Assembly (NCBI GenBank): GCA_023231475.1
Contig: JALJEE010003270.1
Span: 1 to 34,489, forward strand
Source: Seison nebaliae
Taxonomy: Eukaryota
Reading direction: 5' to 3'
DNA length: 34,489 nucleotides
Below the pieces are notes generated by a model, which saw nothing but the letters and a program-made list of their open reading frames with translations, was not told where the DNA came from and did no database searches. How positions within the stretch are numbered: the first letter of the stretch is position 1; each line of letters begins with the position of its first letter. The position numbers and the translations under genes are program-made. This document shows positions 10,042 through 22,622 of the stretch, in pieces.

Positions 10042-11100
10042 ATGCAATCTGTTTATAAATCATTAACTGATTCAATTGGATCGACGAAGAATTATGTTTG
10101 TTCCTTTATTCCTGGAGTGAGTGGATGGAACAATAATGTGATGCCATCCCCACCACCACCACCATCGTCGATAAAAGGAGTTTGGTTTAATTCGAAATTT
10201 ATGGTGTTGACTATGGTGGTTGGTGGATCGATAGTTTATGGAGTTTTTGAATGGCGTCGACTTAAAAAAACGAAAAAAATCGATGAATTGCAGAAAGTGT
10301 CAATGAATGAATTGAAGAATGTGGTGATTCTTCATTCATTTCCAATTTTTGCTGATGAAGTTGAAGAATTGAAAAGTCCATGGATATCACCATTTTCCAT
10401 CAAATTAGAAGTATTTTTTATGGCGTCAAAAATTGATTATTATATCGATCCAACAGATCGAATGTCAATTCGTCATAAGACACCATTTATTACATTGAAC
10501 GGAATAGAAATCGATGACAGTCAATTCATTATGGAGAAATTGACGGATATGTTCTCATTAAAACTTGACAATCATTTAACGGTGGATGAATTGGCGAAAG
10601 GTCGAGCTATTCTCCATTTAGTGGAGAGGAGTCTTTATTTCATTCTCTTATACGAAAGATATGTCAATGGGAATTGTTTCAAAATTAAATCAGTTTGGAA
10701 ACGTTTCGTTTTTAATTTCCTGATGAAACGATGGGCGAAAACTGTTTTGTGGCATCATGGTTACGGTCGTTATAGTCGACTGGAAATACTTCGAATGGGT
10801 CAAAGAGATTTGGATTCATTATCTCAATTTTTGGGTAATAAAGACTATATTTTCGGAGAGAAATTTTCGTCTTTCGATTCTACAATTTTTGCACATTTAG
10901 TTCAATTATTGTACACGATGAAAGGAGCATTGAGGACATATATGGTGAACACTGGGAATTTGGGTCCATATGTGGAGAGAATGAAGAATCGTTTCTTTCC
11001 CGATTGGAATGAGAGATGTGAATTAAATAGAGCGACATATTCTTATTGGAAACCGAGATATCTTCCATCATACAAACATATCAAAGTCATCAAATTCTAA
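10042..11100 (+). CDS. Failed axon connections (Fax/FAXC)-like, metaxin/GST-fold protein, 352 aa
   Basis: SPFSIKLEVFF, KTPFITLNGIEIDDSQFI, GYGRYS and DLDSLSQFLGNKDYIFGEKFSSFDSTIFAHL are typical of Fax/metaxin-like GST N and C domains. N-terminal hydrophobic anchor followed by basic residues. Intronless. Confidence 0.88.
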   Translation: MQSVYKSLTDSIGSTKNYVCSFIPGVSGWNNNVMPSPPPPPSSIKGVWFNSKFMVLTMVVGGSIVYGVFEWRRLKKTKKIDELQKVSMNELKNVVILHSFPIFADEVEELKSPWISPFSIKLEVFFMASKIDYYIDPTDRMSIRHKTPFITLNGIEIDDSQFIMEKLTDMFSLKLDNHLTVDELAKGRAILHLVERSLYFILLYERYVNGNCFKIKSVWKRFVFNFLMKRWAKTVLWHHGYGRYSRLEILRMGQRDLDSLSQFLGNKDYIFGEKFSSFDSTIFAHLVQLLYTMKGALRTYMVNTGNLGPYVERMKNRFFPDWNERCELNRATYSYWKPRYLPSYKHIKVIKF

Positions 11101-11437
11101 TAATTATTGAAAAATTAAAATAACTCGTTTCTAAATTTGACAATTTGTTCGAAAAATAATTATTTGTTTGGGGACAATATAGTTTTTCTTGAAAAATTCA
11201 TATTTATTCAAAAATTTCAGGATAGTTACATATATAATTTAATTGAAAAAATTGAAACAAATTTTATTATCGAAAAATTTTCTAATTTGAAAATGAGAAA
11301 ATTTAAAAAATTTTCTTTTTCAATAATTTCTCGTTTCACTTTTTCTTCTATTTAATTGAACTCTATTCAATGATTTTAATAATATCAGTAAATGAGAATA
11401 AAGGAAATAAAAGTTTTTTGATTAATTTAAATTAATT

Positions 11438-12961
11438 TTAATATAAATGTTTGTGATCACCCAGATTTCCGATACATGTATATTTCAATTCAGAATATTC
11501 GTCCAGACCATAAATTGACCCTTCTCGTCCTAAACCGGATTCTTTGAATCCGCCGAAAGCACCGTCAGCTTGTGATACGGCTGTTGCATTGATTCCAATG
11601 ATTCCATAATCGAGAGCGGAATTCATTCGATGTATCTGTCCCATATTCTCCGAATACACATAAGCAGCTAATCCGTATCGAGTGGAATTGGCTTCGACAA
11701 TGACATCATCTTCCGAATCGAATTGAATGATAGAAATTAATGGACCGAAAATTTCTTCTTGATATACTTTCATCGATTCATTTACATTCTTCAAAATGGT
11801 TGGTGGTAAGAAAAGAGAATTTTCATCCTGACCATATTCTTCGAATGATTTCCCGTCAATTAATTGTGCACCGTTACTAACGGCGTCTAATGCTAAATCG
11901 ATGACTTTCGCTTTTCCTTTCTGATTGATGAGACATCCCATTGTTGTGGAAGGATGAAAAGGATCGCCAACATGAACTTTCTCTCCAATTTTCTTTCTTA
12001 ATAATTCGATGAATTTATCAGATATCGAATGATGAACATAAATACGATTTGCAGCGATACAAGTTTGACCTGAACATCTGAATTTATTTGTAATTAAACC
12101 GTCGACAGCTCCATTCAAATTAGCGGAGGGGAAAACAATGAAAGGAGCATTTCCTCCCAATTCCATACTAGCTTTCTTCACTGTTGACGATGTTAATTTA
12201 AGTAATTCTTTTCCGACTTGTGTCGATCCGGTGAAGGAAATGGCAGAAATCATTTCATTAGAACATAATTCTTTACCAATTTCCACACAACCGTCACGAT
12301 CCGTCGTAATGACGTTAACTAATCCTTTCGGCCATTTCAATTGTTTAATTAATGAAGCGATAAATAAAGCTGAATATGGTGTCTCTTCTGACGGTTTTAT
12401 CACACAACTACAACCGGCAGCAATACATGCTGCTAATTTTCTCGTTATCATCGCTGCAGGAAAATTCCATGGGCTAATAATTCCAGCAATACCAATCGGT
12501 TGTCGTTGTAAATATCCACGTTTCGTATTATCATTCATATCGATAATAGTTCCATATGATGATCGTGTAATTTGAGAATAATATTCGAGAAATGAAGCAG
12601 AGTAATATACTTCAGCAATACTCTCCGTCATCGCTTTCCCCGTTTCCAGAGAAATGATATAAGACAAATCGTCACAATGTTTTATGATCAATTCATTCAA
12701 ATCTGATAACATTTTACATCGTTCACGAATTGTTGAATTGACTTTGAAGAGATGAAAAGCGTCTTTAGCTGCCACTATCGCTTGTTTTGCATCAACCACA
12801 TTACATTTAGTTACGTTGCCTATCAATTCTTTATTATGTGGTGAATACACGTTAAATTTCTCTTGTTCCTCATTCCATTCATTATTGATGAATGCATTAC
12901 TAATATTGTATGTGGCTAATCGTTGGGAAAGAAATCGACGACAAATTTTCAATGATATCAT
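11438..12961 (-). CDS. ALDH5A1: Succinate-semialdehyde dehydrogenase, mitochondrial, about 507 aa
   Basis: PWNFPAAMITRK, KPSEETP, SFTGST, MELGGNAPFIV, KFRCSGQTC, EEIFGP and FGGFKESGLGREGS. First ATG is at 12961 and gives an Arg-rich presequence MISLKICRRFLSQR (track start 13012 is GTG). Coding region intronless. Confidence 0.93.
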   Translation of the reverse strand: MISLKICRRFLSQRLATYNISNAFINNEWNEEQEKFNVYSPHNKELIGNVTKCNVVDAKQAIVAAKDAFHLFKVNSTIRERCKMLSDLNELIIKHCDDLSYIISLETGKAMTESIAEVYYSASFLEYYSQITRSSYGTIIDMNDNTKRGYLQRQPIGIAGIISPWNFPAAMITRKLAACIAAGCSCVIKPSEETPYSALFIASLIKQLKWPKGLVNVITTDRDGCVEIGKELCSNEMISAISFTGSTQVGKELLKLTSSTVKKASMELGGNAPFIVFPSANLNGAVDGLITNKFRCSGQTCIAANRIYVHHSISDKFIELLRKKIGEKVHVGDPFHPSTTMGCLINQKGKAKVIDLALDAVSNGAQLIDGKSFEEYGQDENSLFLPPTILKNVNESMKVYQEEIFGPLISIIQFDSEDDVIVEANSTRYGLAAYVYSENMGQIHRMNSALDYGIIGINATAVSQADGAFGGFKESGLGREGSIYGLDEYSELKYTCIGNLGDHKHLY

Positions 12962-13798
12962 TCCGCTATTCTTTATCCAATTTCCTGATAGAATTTGTTT
13001 ATTATGATACACTTGAAGATCTACTTCTGAAAATGAAATGAAGCTAAACTTTCATTAATCGTTCGTTCTTATTAAAATGGTGAAGATAATTATTAAAAAT
13101 TTATGAAGTTTTTTTAGGAAATCCTCTTTGAACATGTTACCGCTTGAAGGAGATTTGGAGAATATTGTGCCAATTTAGAGATAGGTAAATATTATTCATT
13201 AAATAATTTGTTTATTCAGAAGAAATTTCTTCTTTTCCAGTTGATCATTCGAACTAAATTGAGTAAGAGAAAATTTGAAAAATTTCATGAGAAAAATTTT
13301 GATGAATTTTTTTTCGAAATATTATTTTGTCGTCCAAATTGATTAAAGGAATAGAAAGAAAGTAAACAGATGAGGAGAATGTAGCGCGATAAGTGTTAGA
13401 TGAATGACTATGATGACGAGCTTGTTGGAATATTTTTCAAATAGATTATTTGTTTGTTTGTCAAATCGTCTCATTAAAGAGGAAATATTTCTTCTCATAT
13501 CAAAGTAGACAGGAGGTTGGGAACGTGCGAGAAATTTTCGGGTCTACTCTCTTTCATCTCAATTGTCGGATATGACGATTGTTCAGACATTTTCACGTCT
13601 ATTCATTCGTTTGATACTCAATTTGATAAAGACCGATAATCGATGACTATTGACTAGATATTTGTATATAACAAATAAATTCTGCAAGACAACTATTCCT
13701 CCACTACATCTATAAATAGTGTTTGAATAAGCGAATATTTAAATATAGAGAGATTTCATTCCCAATTCTACAGTTTAAAACTATAAAAATTTATTATC

Positions 13799-14347
13799 AT
13801 GTTGAAAAGACGTTTATCAATTCTAACACAATATAGTTCCCGATCGACCACACCGACAAATAAAAAGATATTATTTCCGCCATCCAGTCAAACGAAAAGT
13901 TTAAAGAAACGTCGTTGGACACATTTCGAGAAGAAAAAGAATAATAATAATAATATTTCCATTAAACCGATAGCGCAATCGAGTATAATAGTTGAGAAGA
14001 GGAAGAAATCAAGAAATAGTTTCGCATCCAAATTCCGAATGAAATTCCACGTTCATAAGATGATGGGAAAAGAAGAGAATTCGTATGATATTTATGAGAA
14101 TCTTTCACGTATCGATTATTCCAACGATTATATGCCTAACAACAATTTCATCGATCATCTAACGAGTGATAATTTCGGGTATTTTCCAAGAGAAACTTCG
14201 TTCAATGAAGATTCGATTATTATGATTTCTACTCCCAAGAAAGTGAGAACTATGAAAAATGAATTATCGATTTCGGAGAATGATTCGTCATCGTATTACA
14301 TCACTTCACGCACATGCCCCCGAACATCAACACCAGTACGTGGGTAA
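13799..14347 (+). CDS. Hypothetical basic, S/T-rich protein, 182 aa
   Basis: ATG-initiated ORF with TATAAAT about 90 nt upstream and AATAAA at about 14476; several TP/STP motifs. No family recognised. Confidence 0.6.
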   Translation: MLKRRLSILTQYSSRSTTPTNKKILFPPSSQTKSLKKRRWTHFEKKKNNNNNISIKPIAQSSIIVEKRKKSRNSFASKFRMKFHVHKMMGKEENSYDIYENLSRIDYSNDYMPNNNFIDHLTSDNFGYFPRETSFNEDSIIMISTPKKVRTMKNELSISENDSSSYYITSRTCPRTSTPVRG

Positions 14348-14588
14348 CAAACAGCACATTATTGAGATGTTGAGTGATTTTTACAAATTATTTCTCTCTT
14401 TCGAATTATGTCTGGTACATTTTTTTTTAATTCTACAGTCTTTTTAGATTTCTTTCTGAAATTCTATTATTTATTAATAAAAATTTTAAATCATCTTCAT
14501 TCGAATGTTGTTATAGAGAACGTTCCATTAATAGATTAGACGACTAATTTGCATAAATTCGAATTCTCTCGGAATTAAACCGACTTGT

Positions 14589-16177
14589 TCACTCCAACAT
14601 GTTTAAGGTGACATCGTTCTGCATTTTCTGACATACATCCGCATCAAAGAGAAATGCCTACGAATGAAATGATTAATAATGGAAAGTTTTATAAAATAAC
14701 GTGTTAACTTTCGAATAAGATTTCTGGGCCATTTTCGCATCAATTTTCGCGATCTTACCATTAGTGAAACATCGAGCATATATGAAATTACCAATCGCCA
14801 AGCCTTTGTAACCGAATCGACGAATACATTCAGTCTCTTCTATAATCTTTTCATAATTCGTCAAATTCGAAAGCCATTTGGCCAGTTCATATGCTTTCCT
14901 ATATAATTTCTTCTGGTAATATCTCTCCGAAAGAAGACCAGAAGCATAAATGCTTCCTCTCTTCGAAGCATTCTTCAAATGATGAAATGATGCCGCTTCA
15001 TCTTTCCTCGTTCCCAAACCATACGTATAATGCACAGCTAATGCAGCTACAAAACGAATTAAATATTTTTATTACACTTAATTTCTTTTTAGTTTCACTT
15101 AAATGAAAAATGTTTATTTCATCCCAATTGATAATGTGATTTGGAGAAAAAGATTCTATATTAACCTTCGCTCTCCAGTGAACCATTTTCAGTTGCTAAT
15201 TTATGAAAATGGAAAGCCTTCGTCAAATTCAATGTCTCCTCATCTTCAATGATGTAATTAAAATTAAGTTGAACATTTTAAGACTAAACAAACTCGTTCT
15301 ACTATAGAAGAGACCTAATGCAGATTGCGCTTTCATTAATCCATTTGATTGAACATTCTCTTCAGCAGCAATTAACCAGTACCTTCAAAGTAAAATATTA
15401 TATGACGATTATATTGTTTTGGTTCGATATATTAAATGGAGACAAAAAATTATTATATGAAATTTTTTCACAAACCTTTCAGCAAGAACATCTGAAGCTC
15501 TATCGACGCCAAATCCAAAGAAATATGCTTTACCCAAATTATAACAACAAGCTTGCTTCAAAGCAATCTCATCGTCATTCAATTCATTTTCTTTCTCTTT
15601 GCCAACTATTTGCGTCAAAATCTCCTCCAATAATTTTACTCCTCTTATCTGACATTTAGTTAATTTACGAAATAATTTGAAGCATAAGAAACTTGTGAAT
15701 TCTCTTTCATTGACGTTTCGGTTAACAACTCGTCATAATACAATATGCCTAGCTGGAATTTAGCTCTTATATCCAGTGTCGCTATCTCACTGTAATAATG
15801 ATAAGATTTATCATAATCATTCTATTAATGTGTGAATTAGGAAGAAGGATTTATGTATGAAATTTAACATTTTCAAAATAAAATTGTCCCAATAAAAATT
15901 GGAGAAGTGATTTATTCTTGTCTTCATTTCTCGTTATTGCTGTCTTCAATATCTCCTCAGTTTTCTCCACGTATTCCTTGGGAGAATTACAATGTACAAA
16001 TAATTTCTCGTTCTATTTTTCAGGAGAATGTAATCCAATTTAATTCCCACCAACCTCAATCAAACAATATTGTACTACTGTCTTATCTTTCTGAATGAAA
16101 TGTGCTTGTTGTGTAGGCAAGTTGTAGGAAGATAATGGTGTTCGTTTTTCCTCCAAAATATTTTTCATACTTTTCAT
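14589..16177 (-). CDS. LRP2BP: LRP2-binding protein ortholog (SEL1-like repeats), about 368 aa, 8 exons
   Basis: complement(join(14589..14657,14709..15046,15166..15243,15294..15382,15476..15648,15693..15821,15869..15976,16055..16177)), all phases compatible. The translation has FLLGQFYFE, AKFQLGILYYD, YNLGKAYFFGFGV, AERYWLIAA, KAQSALGLFYS, KAFHFH...NGSLESE and GLAIGNFIYARC, co-linear with LRP2BP as recalled. The first exon is least certain. Confidence 0.85.
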
Positions 16178-17205
16178 TTCGTTAAAAGTATTATAATGCC
16201 TCCCGACCAAATGTTTCAAACAAAACAAACAAATTAGGAAATATTTCGTCAATTTGTTTTCGAGGAAGAAGGATTTGGAAGTAACATAGAACTTTCCAAT
16301 ATTTCCCTCAAGGTCATTTCTGCTGTTATGGAGGTCGTGCTCGCTATTTTTTATTTATGAGTTGAATAAAGAATTGTTATGTTTTTAAAAGAACAATGTT
16401 TTCCTTTCACTGATTTCCAGTTACATAATATTCAACTCTAATTTTTATAAGAATTGTTCGATTAATAAAAATTCTCAATCTATCAATTGTCTAATTTCCT
16501 CAAATTCCGTTTATGAGTCTGGACATGATAATAAATTGAACAAACGAATTCCCTTCATTTTGCTTACAACATTTCCTAGAAATTCAAATTAAAATCCAAA
16601 AATTAGTAGAAGAAATTAGGAAACTAAATAAATGAATTTTTTATAGTGAAACATTTGATTAAAATGATTCGACGAAACTTAAAATTATGAGTGCTCGAAG
16701 AATAAAATGTTAAATTATTTAACATATAAAATTAATGGTCGGCGTGGAACTAAAGAGTCTCCTCATTTTCATATAATTGTAGACTTTTCTCTTGGAACAA
16801 TTTATTGCAAGAAAATAATTAATAGTCGTCTAAAATCTAATAAAATTTAGTAAATTAAAGTCTTACAAATTTTTCGGCGATTTTATGTAAATCTTCTTTA
16901 ATTAGTCTTGTAAGCTAATGATAAACTGGGGAGTAGTCCAACAAGTTCTCTCACAAGTGACAAGTTAATTTTCTAAATTGAAAATATTTTCCTATTTTCC
17001 TTTCGACAGTTTTTCATTTTTTAATTAACAAAATCATTTTGTATTTCCAACACCATTCGGATGATGATGATGATGATGAATAAAGGACGGAAGTTTTAGA
17101 AAGGATCATTTTCAAAAATAGAAGAAGTGCAAAAAATAATTTTTTGTCTTTAATTGAAATTGATGAATTGAAAAGAAAAATTGTATTTTCTATTTTCTCA
17201 TAAGT

Positions 17206-17961
17206 ATGAGTCGTAATGCCGGTAGAGTCAACATAGATAAGACGAATGTTTATCCGATTATCGAAGAGCTTTATGTACTCGTGCCCAGAATGGACTTCGT
17301 CTCCACTCAGTATCGGAATGATATCAGGAAATATTTAAATGAAGGAATTTGCGATGACGTTAAAACGCAGACGATGCCACCGTTAAAGCCGACAGTTAAA
17401 GCTCACACCTCACCAATCCTAATATCACGTCGTCTTGTGTCTGCCACATCTGCCACTAAATCAGGAGATCCCGAAAGGAAAAAATTTGATGATATACCTC
17501 CAACATTTCCGATTTGTTATATCAACGAATTAATTATAACAGCAAGAAATTTGGGGAAATGCAAAATTAAGGTGAGTGAAAATGAGACTCGCCACTGGCG
17601 ACGTTACTTGTTTCCACACTATTTCAGATTGTATTTTCGTCACTTTCATAAGAAATTGAATAAAAACAAAACGATTATTGAAGCGTCTGTCCTTAATTAT
17701 TCCACAATGAACAATCATCAAGGAATAACAGGTAAAGTCGATGTGAATGACTCTTATTACTTGAACGAGAATAAAATCATGAATACTTTAAATCAAACGA
17801 CTATGACTACTTTCCCAACAACAACAAAAACAACTTCGGCATCAGCAATAAATAATAATAATAATGATTGTGTTTCTAATAAGAATAATTATTATTATTA
17901 TTGTAATGAGACAAATCGTCATCCTGAAGAGAAGAAATCTCTCAAACATCGTCGTCATTGA
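17206..17961 (+). CDS. Hypothetical protein, 251 aa, with poly-N/T/Y tail
   Basis: Long ORF with a globular-looking N-terminal half and (AAT)n/(TAT)n coding microsatellites near 17848-17900. An acceptor-like CATAAG precedes the ATG. No family recognised. Confidence 0.65.
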   Translation: MSRNAGRVNIDKTNVYPIIEELYVLVPRMDFVSTQYRNDIRKYLNEGICDDVKTQTMPPLKPTVKAHTSPILISRRLVSATSATKSGDPERKKFDDIPPTFPICYINELIITARNLGKCKIKVSENETRHWRRYLFPHYFRLYFRHFHKKLNKNKTIIEASVLNYSTMNNHQGITGKVDVNDSYYLNENKIMNTLNQTTMTTFPTTTKTTSASAINNNNNDCVSNKNNYYYYCNETNRHPEEKKSLKHRRH

Positions 17962-18770
17962 AGTTTTTTAATTGAAGGTAATAGAGAATGAGTAGAATAG
18001 AATCGTCATCTCTACATCATCGTTAGTAAATAGGCATAAATCATTGTCAAAATAGAATATTTCCAACAATAGTTGAGGACGTTAAAAATGAGTGACAAAG
18101 AAAACAGCCGGTACTTACAACCTGGCAATAGTAGTAATCATATCAATGAAAGTCGACTAACATGATTCCAGTAAAGGCATCGGAATAACAGTGATGTGTG
18201 CGAAAACAGTAAATATGGAGAATTGTCAGTGATAGATAGAATTGTATTTATTAATCGTTTATCATTTTCCTTCCTAAAATCCTATTTCTTCTTCTTCTTC
18301 TTTTGTATCATCTTCCCAACACTTTTTCCGTTTCTTTACTAATTTGTATATTAACATCTTTGTACATTCTCCATAGTCGATTAAGTGAAGGTAAAGAATT
18401 TGGGTTTATCCCAATCCTTTCACGGAATAAATTTCATTCTTATTAAAATTTCTTTCTAAAGGGAATTTCGGAAGAAGTCAAAATAAATTTCAATTATCTT
18501 TTGTATTTCCGGTTGATATGTTTATCCACAGAATTTGCCCCTTTTCTTTCTTGCGGGAGACCATTCACAATTCTTCATTACACACCAGAAAAATCATCTT
18601 AATCCAAAACATAATATATGAAAATTATAATGTTTGTAAATGGCATCAAACTTTCTTCTTTATAATTCTTGAACATGTTCTACGTATCTCAGAAAGTCGA
18701 CAGTGTAAATTTTCCATAAATCAGATGCACTAAATCTTCATTATTTACTCACTTTACATCACCCGATTGA

Positions 18771-20013
18771 TTGGCACTCTCCAAAAAATTATTATTGTTC
18801 AACAATTTCAAATATTTCGTTAGAAATTCTAATTCTTTATCGAATTCTCTCATTCGTCATCTTTCTACGATGGTTCTTCGACACTTTGATCAATTCTTCC
18901 AACAACTCAGTAAACTACTTATTATAAGAGATACAAAGAACATGATTAACATGTTGAATGACGTTTTAGAAAAATGTACAAGTTTCAACCCAAATCTCTC
19001 ATTATTTCGATCCATATATATATTCGATCAATTAGGTGGAATTGAGGATGATAAGAAAACATTAAAATGGGAACAAAGAGCTGAAGAAATTGATCTATTG
19101 ATGAAATTGTTACGACAATCTTACCTGGAAATGCATTCGTCAGTGTTCCGATTAATTCCATTTTACAATTATTGGAAAATGAAACGAAAACTTCATAAAA
19201 TTCTGTTCGATTTCTATGATATTTGGAATCGTGACGCTTTTCTTAGTTCATCAAATTTAATAATAATTTAATGATAAATAAATGATTTAATTTAGGTGAA
19301 AAATTGGAGGATGGAATTCACAAGGAACCTCAACATAAACGTGCGAAAAGCTTCAAGAAAAGCGGAATTATCAATTATCCTACAAAACTAACAACATTAC
19401 TTGGTTAATTTCTTTAATTTAATTCTTTCTAATATGAAAAAATATATATATATTATTTATAACTTCTTCCAGATAATAAAGAAAGCGATGATTCTGATGA
19501 ACAATCGGAAGACGAAGCTTTGAAATTTCTTGGTTCCGTTCATTTAAATCCACGAATCGGACATGCTGACAAATTGCATCGACAATCAACCAGATTGCGA
19601 AGAAGCGCACAACAGTATATCCGTTATGTTGCCAATGTGATGAAAAATGTAGCGAATACATTGCAACAATCAAAAAGTCGATCATATTTCAAACAGTTAA
19701 TTTTTTATTTGTTTGAACTCTTTCAACAATTTCTTCTAGACGTCAAATGTTATTCTTGTTAATACTAGACATAATATTTGATGATAAATGCTTCTATAAG
19801 AGAAACGATAAAATGAATCGAGTATTGGAACGAGTCAAATCTAATATCTCAGTTGATACTCAGAAACAGAAGAGATTACAACAAATAGAACTGATGCAGT
19901 TGGAAGCAGAATCCATTGCCAACTATCCGGTTCAACCACCAGTTCTCACCAAAAATCATGCGAGATCCATGAAAAAGTATAAAGAATTAAGAAGGAAATA
20001 TACGTCCAATTAA
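18771..20013 (+). CDS. Hypothetical multi-exon protein, 5' end unresolved
   Basis: Track ORFs 18771, 19520 and 19747 join in frame as join(<18771..19245,19296..19403,19473..19695,19740..20013) through three GT-AG introns of 50, 69 and 44 nt. Start codon and family not determined. Confidence 0.65.
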
Positions 20014-20699
20014 CTAAACATCATTTTCATTAATTTCTCCTTTATTACCAATATCAATTAATACTAGTATTTTATATTTCTTCATCGATTATAATCCGTA
20101 CGAAGAACGAATAAATACTGTTCGGCATTAGTTCCAAAAAAGAATAATTTGGACCTGATGAAATATCATATCTAATACTTAAAAGAATGTACCTGTTCAA
20201 TGTGAATTCTCCAATATTATAAATAGGAAACATCAGAAAAATAATTTTGGTATGATTTCCAAAGGAATTGGTGAGTGAGTTTCAAAATACGGAATATTTT
20301 CATAGTCTTTCATATTTTGATATTCCAAATACTTATTCCCGAGAAGAATCATCAGATAATTCAATTATTATAATCATACATTACATTACATAAAATATAG
20401 TTTATGTAAAGTTATTCAATAAATTAATTATAATCATAACGACGAAAGATAACTAATGGCAAGAAAATTGAATTATTTTTATTTGATCAAAATTAAACGT
20501 ATATAAAAGTATATGGTATAATATATATTATTTCAATGATAGAGATATTGAATTATTAAACAATGAAAAAGAATATTGCATCAATATTAGTTGAAATATT
20601 AATGCTAGTATTAAACATTATTTGAAGTATACCAAGAGATTTCTATAATTAGATCCATTTTAATTTATATTAAAAAAACGTAAAGACGTATAAGAGAAA

Positions 20700-22157
20700 A
20701 TGTCTCAAGATCCGAAAGTATCGGCAATGACGGTTGTGAATGCAAGTTCACCACAAATAAGTGATGTAGCAGAAACAACAGAGACACCGAGAAAGAATAT
20801 GCGCGATTTGAAGAACATGTTACAAGCTGTTCTCATCTGTATTGTCCTGCAATTATTTCTCTTATGGATAATTGGTAAAGAGGAATTGAAGTCTGCGAGA
20901 GATGAGAGAAGTTCTCTTGTTGCCGCTGATTATAGAGAACATGATGAGCAGTCAACAAAAGAGAAGTTGAGAAATGCGTTGATTATTGGAGGAGTGATTA
21001 TGACGGTTATAATCGTTATGACTTTTTTAATGTTACTTATCTTTTATATGCATTGGGAGAAGATTTTTTTTAAAATATTCACTGGATTATTATTAATGTC
21101 AATCGTAGTCAACGGTCTCTTTATTGCCACACTCATCGTATCAACTAATGATGTTGTTGTCGATATTATTACAGTTGTACTTTTTGCTTACAATATGGCA
21201 GTCGTAGTGACAATCAGTCTGATATGGATGGCACCGAAATTAGTTCAACAAATGTCACTAATTTTGATCTGCAACATCACCGCATTTCTTATCAATTATT
21301 TACTCTATAACACAATGACATGGATCTTGGTTGGATTTCTCATTGTTTGGGATTTAATTGCTGTTTTATGTCCGTTCGGTCCCTTAAAATTGATGGTGAA
21401 TATTGTCGACCGTTCAGGTGGCAAATTGCCCAACGTTCTCATTTACCATACGATAATTATGAGAGGAATGAAATTAACGAAAAGCGCAAGTAGAAGAAAA
21501 TTGGGAAATTTTAATAATAACAACAAATTTCCTCAGTTTGAAACTGATACGACAATAGAAGAAACCAGTTTCAGTGAGGAGAAAACGGAAACTAAAATGT
21601 GTCTATTGGAATGTCGAAATAGAAATTTCCATAATAAGAATCGTCTTCCCGTTAATGTATCAGCTTCAACAAATGGAAAAGGGTCAGCAACCGAGTTCGA
21701 TGCTCAATCTATGGCCACTAATGAAAACACCAGTAACGAAGTGAGTAATGATGCTTCAGGAGATGAGACGACTTATCTCAAAGTTCCCGCCATACGCCCA
21801 ACAAAATCTTCTCGCTTATCCATCTTTGCTGATCAAGATCAATTGCAAGATTATATGGATGAAATCGAGAACGAATACGAATCGACCGGTTCACAATTAG
21901 GGTTAGGTGATTTTATATTTTATTCTCTGATGGTGGGCAAAGCTTACGGTTATGGAAATTGGATCAGTACAATTGCCGTTCTCATCAGCATTCTTAGCGG
22001 TCTTGTGTTGACTGTTATGATCTTATTCTTAACGAATATCAGAGCTCTTCCCGCTCTGCCCATTTCCTGCACACTCGGTCTTATCGTTTTCCTACTCTCA
22101 CATTACACACTTGAACCTATGATCGAAATGTTGAATGATAAACAACTTTTTGTTTAA
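20700..22157 (+). CDS. Presenilin-family GxGD aspartyl protease (peptidase A22A), divergent, 485 aa
   Basis: VWDLIAVLCPFGPLK (TM6 Asp), LGLGDFIFYS (TM7 GxGD) and ALPALPIS (PAL motif); multiple transmembrane segments and a large hydrophilic loop. Intronless. Confidence 0.93.
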   Translation: MSQDPKVSAMTVVNASSPQISDVAETTETPRKNMRDLKNMLQAVLICIVLQLFLLWIIGKEELKSARDERSSLVAADYREHDEQSTKEKLRNALIIGGVIMTVIIVMTFLMLLIFYMHWEKIFFKIFTGLLLMSIVVNGLFIATLIVSTNDVVVDIITVVLFAYNMAVVVTISLIWMAPKLVQQMSLILICNITAFLINYLLYNTMTWILVGFLIVWDLIAVLCPFGPLKLMVNIVDRSGGKLPNVLIYHTIIMRGMKLTKSASRRKLGNFNNNNKFPQFETDTTIEETSFSEEKTETKMCLLECRNRNFHNKNRLPVNVSASTNGKGSATEFDAQSMATNENTSNEVSNDASGDETTYLKVPAIRPTKSSRLSIFADQDQLQDYMDEIENEYESTGSQLGLGDFIFYSLMVGKAYGYGNWISTIAVLISILSGLVLTVMILFLTNIRALPALPISCTLGLIVFLLSHYTLEPMIEMLNDKQLFV

Positions 22158-22622
22158 ATGAAAAGTCAATAAATAGTATATCTCGCTAGTTGTTGAAATA
22201 AAATCTTTTTTATTAATTATCACCAAATTGAAAAACTGAAAAATTTTCAAAATTTAAAAATTCAGTTAAATAAATATTTTTTATCATCGAAATTCACCAC
22301 GGAAAATGGTGGAGAATATAGTTTCATAGATTAAAACGTAAAGTATTTGAAATGTAAATAATATGAAAAGGAAAAAATCTTATCCGAAAAGACAAAAAAG
22401 TGTAGTAGTTTATTGAAATGATCTTATCAGTTTTTCTCTTGTTGAAATTGTCTACCGAAATTTGTTTTGACACTTAAAATTCTAATAAAATTACTTATTG
22501 AGAGTAAATGTAAATAAAGAGAATAATATGGTTTCTTATAGCAATTCGGCTGCATTCGGTGTAATTGTCTTACGAAAATTGAACTTGTCTCTTGTTTACA
22601 TAAATCGTGTGGATGATTGAGG

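Noticed and set aside
12138..13007. Plus-strand ORFs 12138..12575 and 12816..13007
   Set aside because: Antisense to the well-conserved SSADH CDS.
14891..16098. Plus-strand ORFs 14891, 15318 and 15907
   Set aside because: Antisense to LRP2BP exons and introns.
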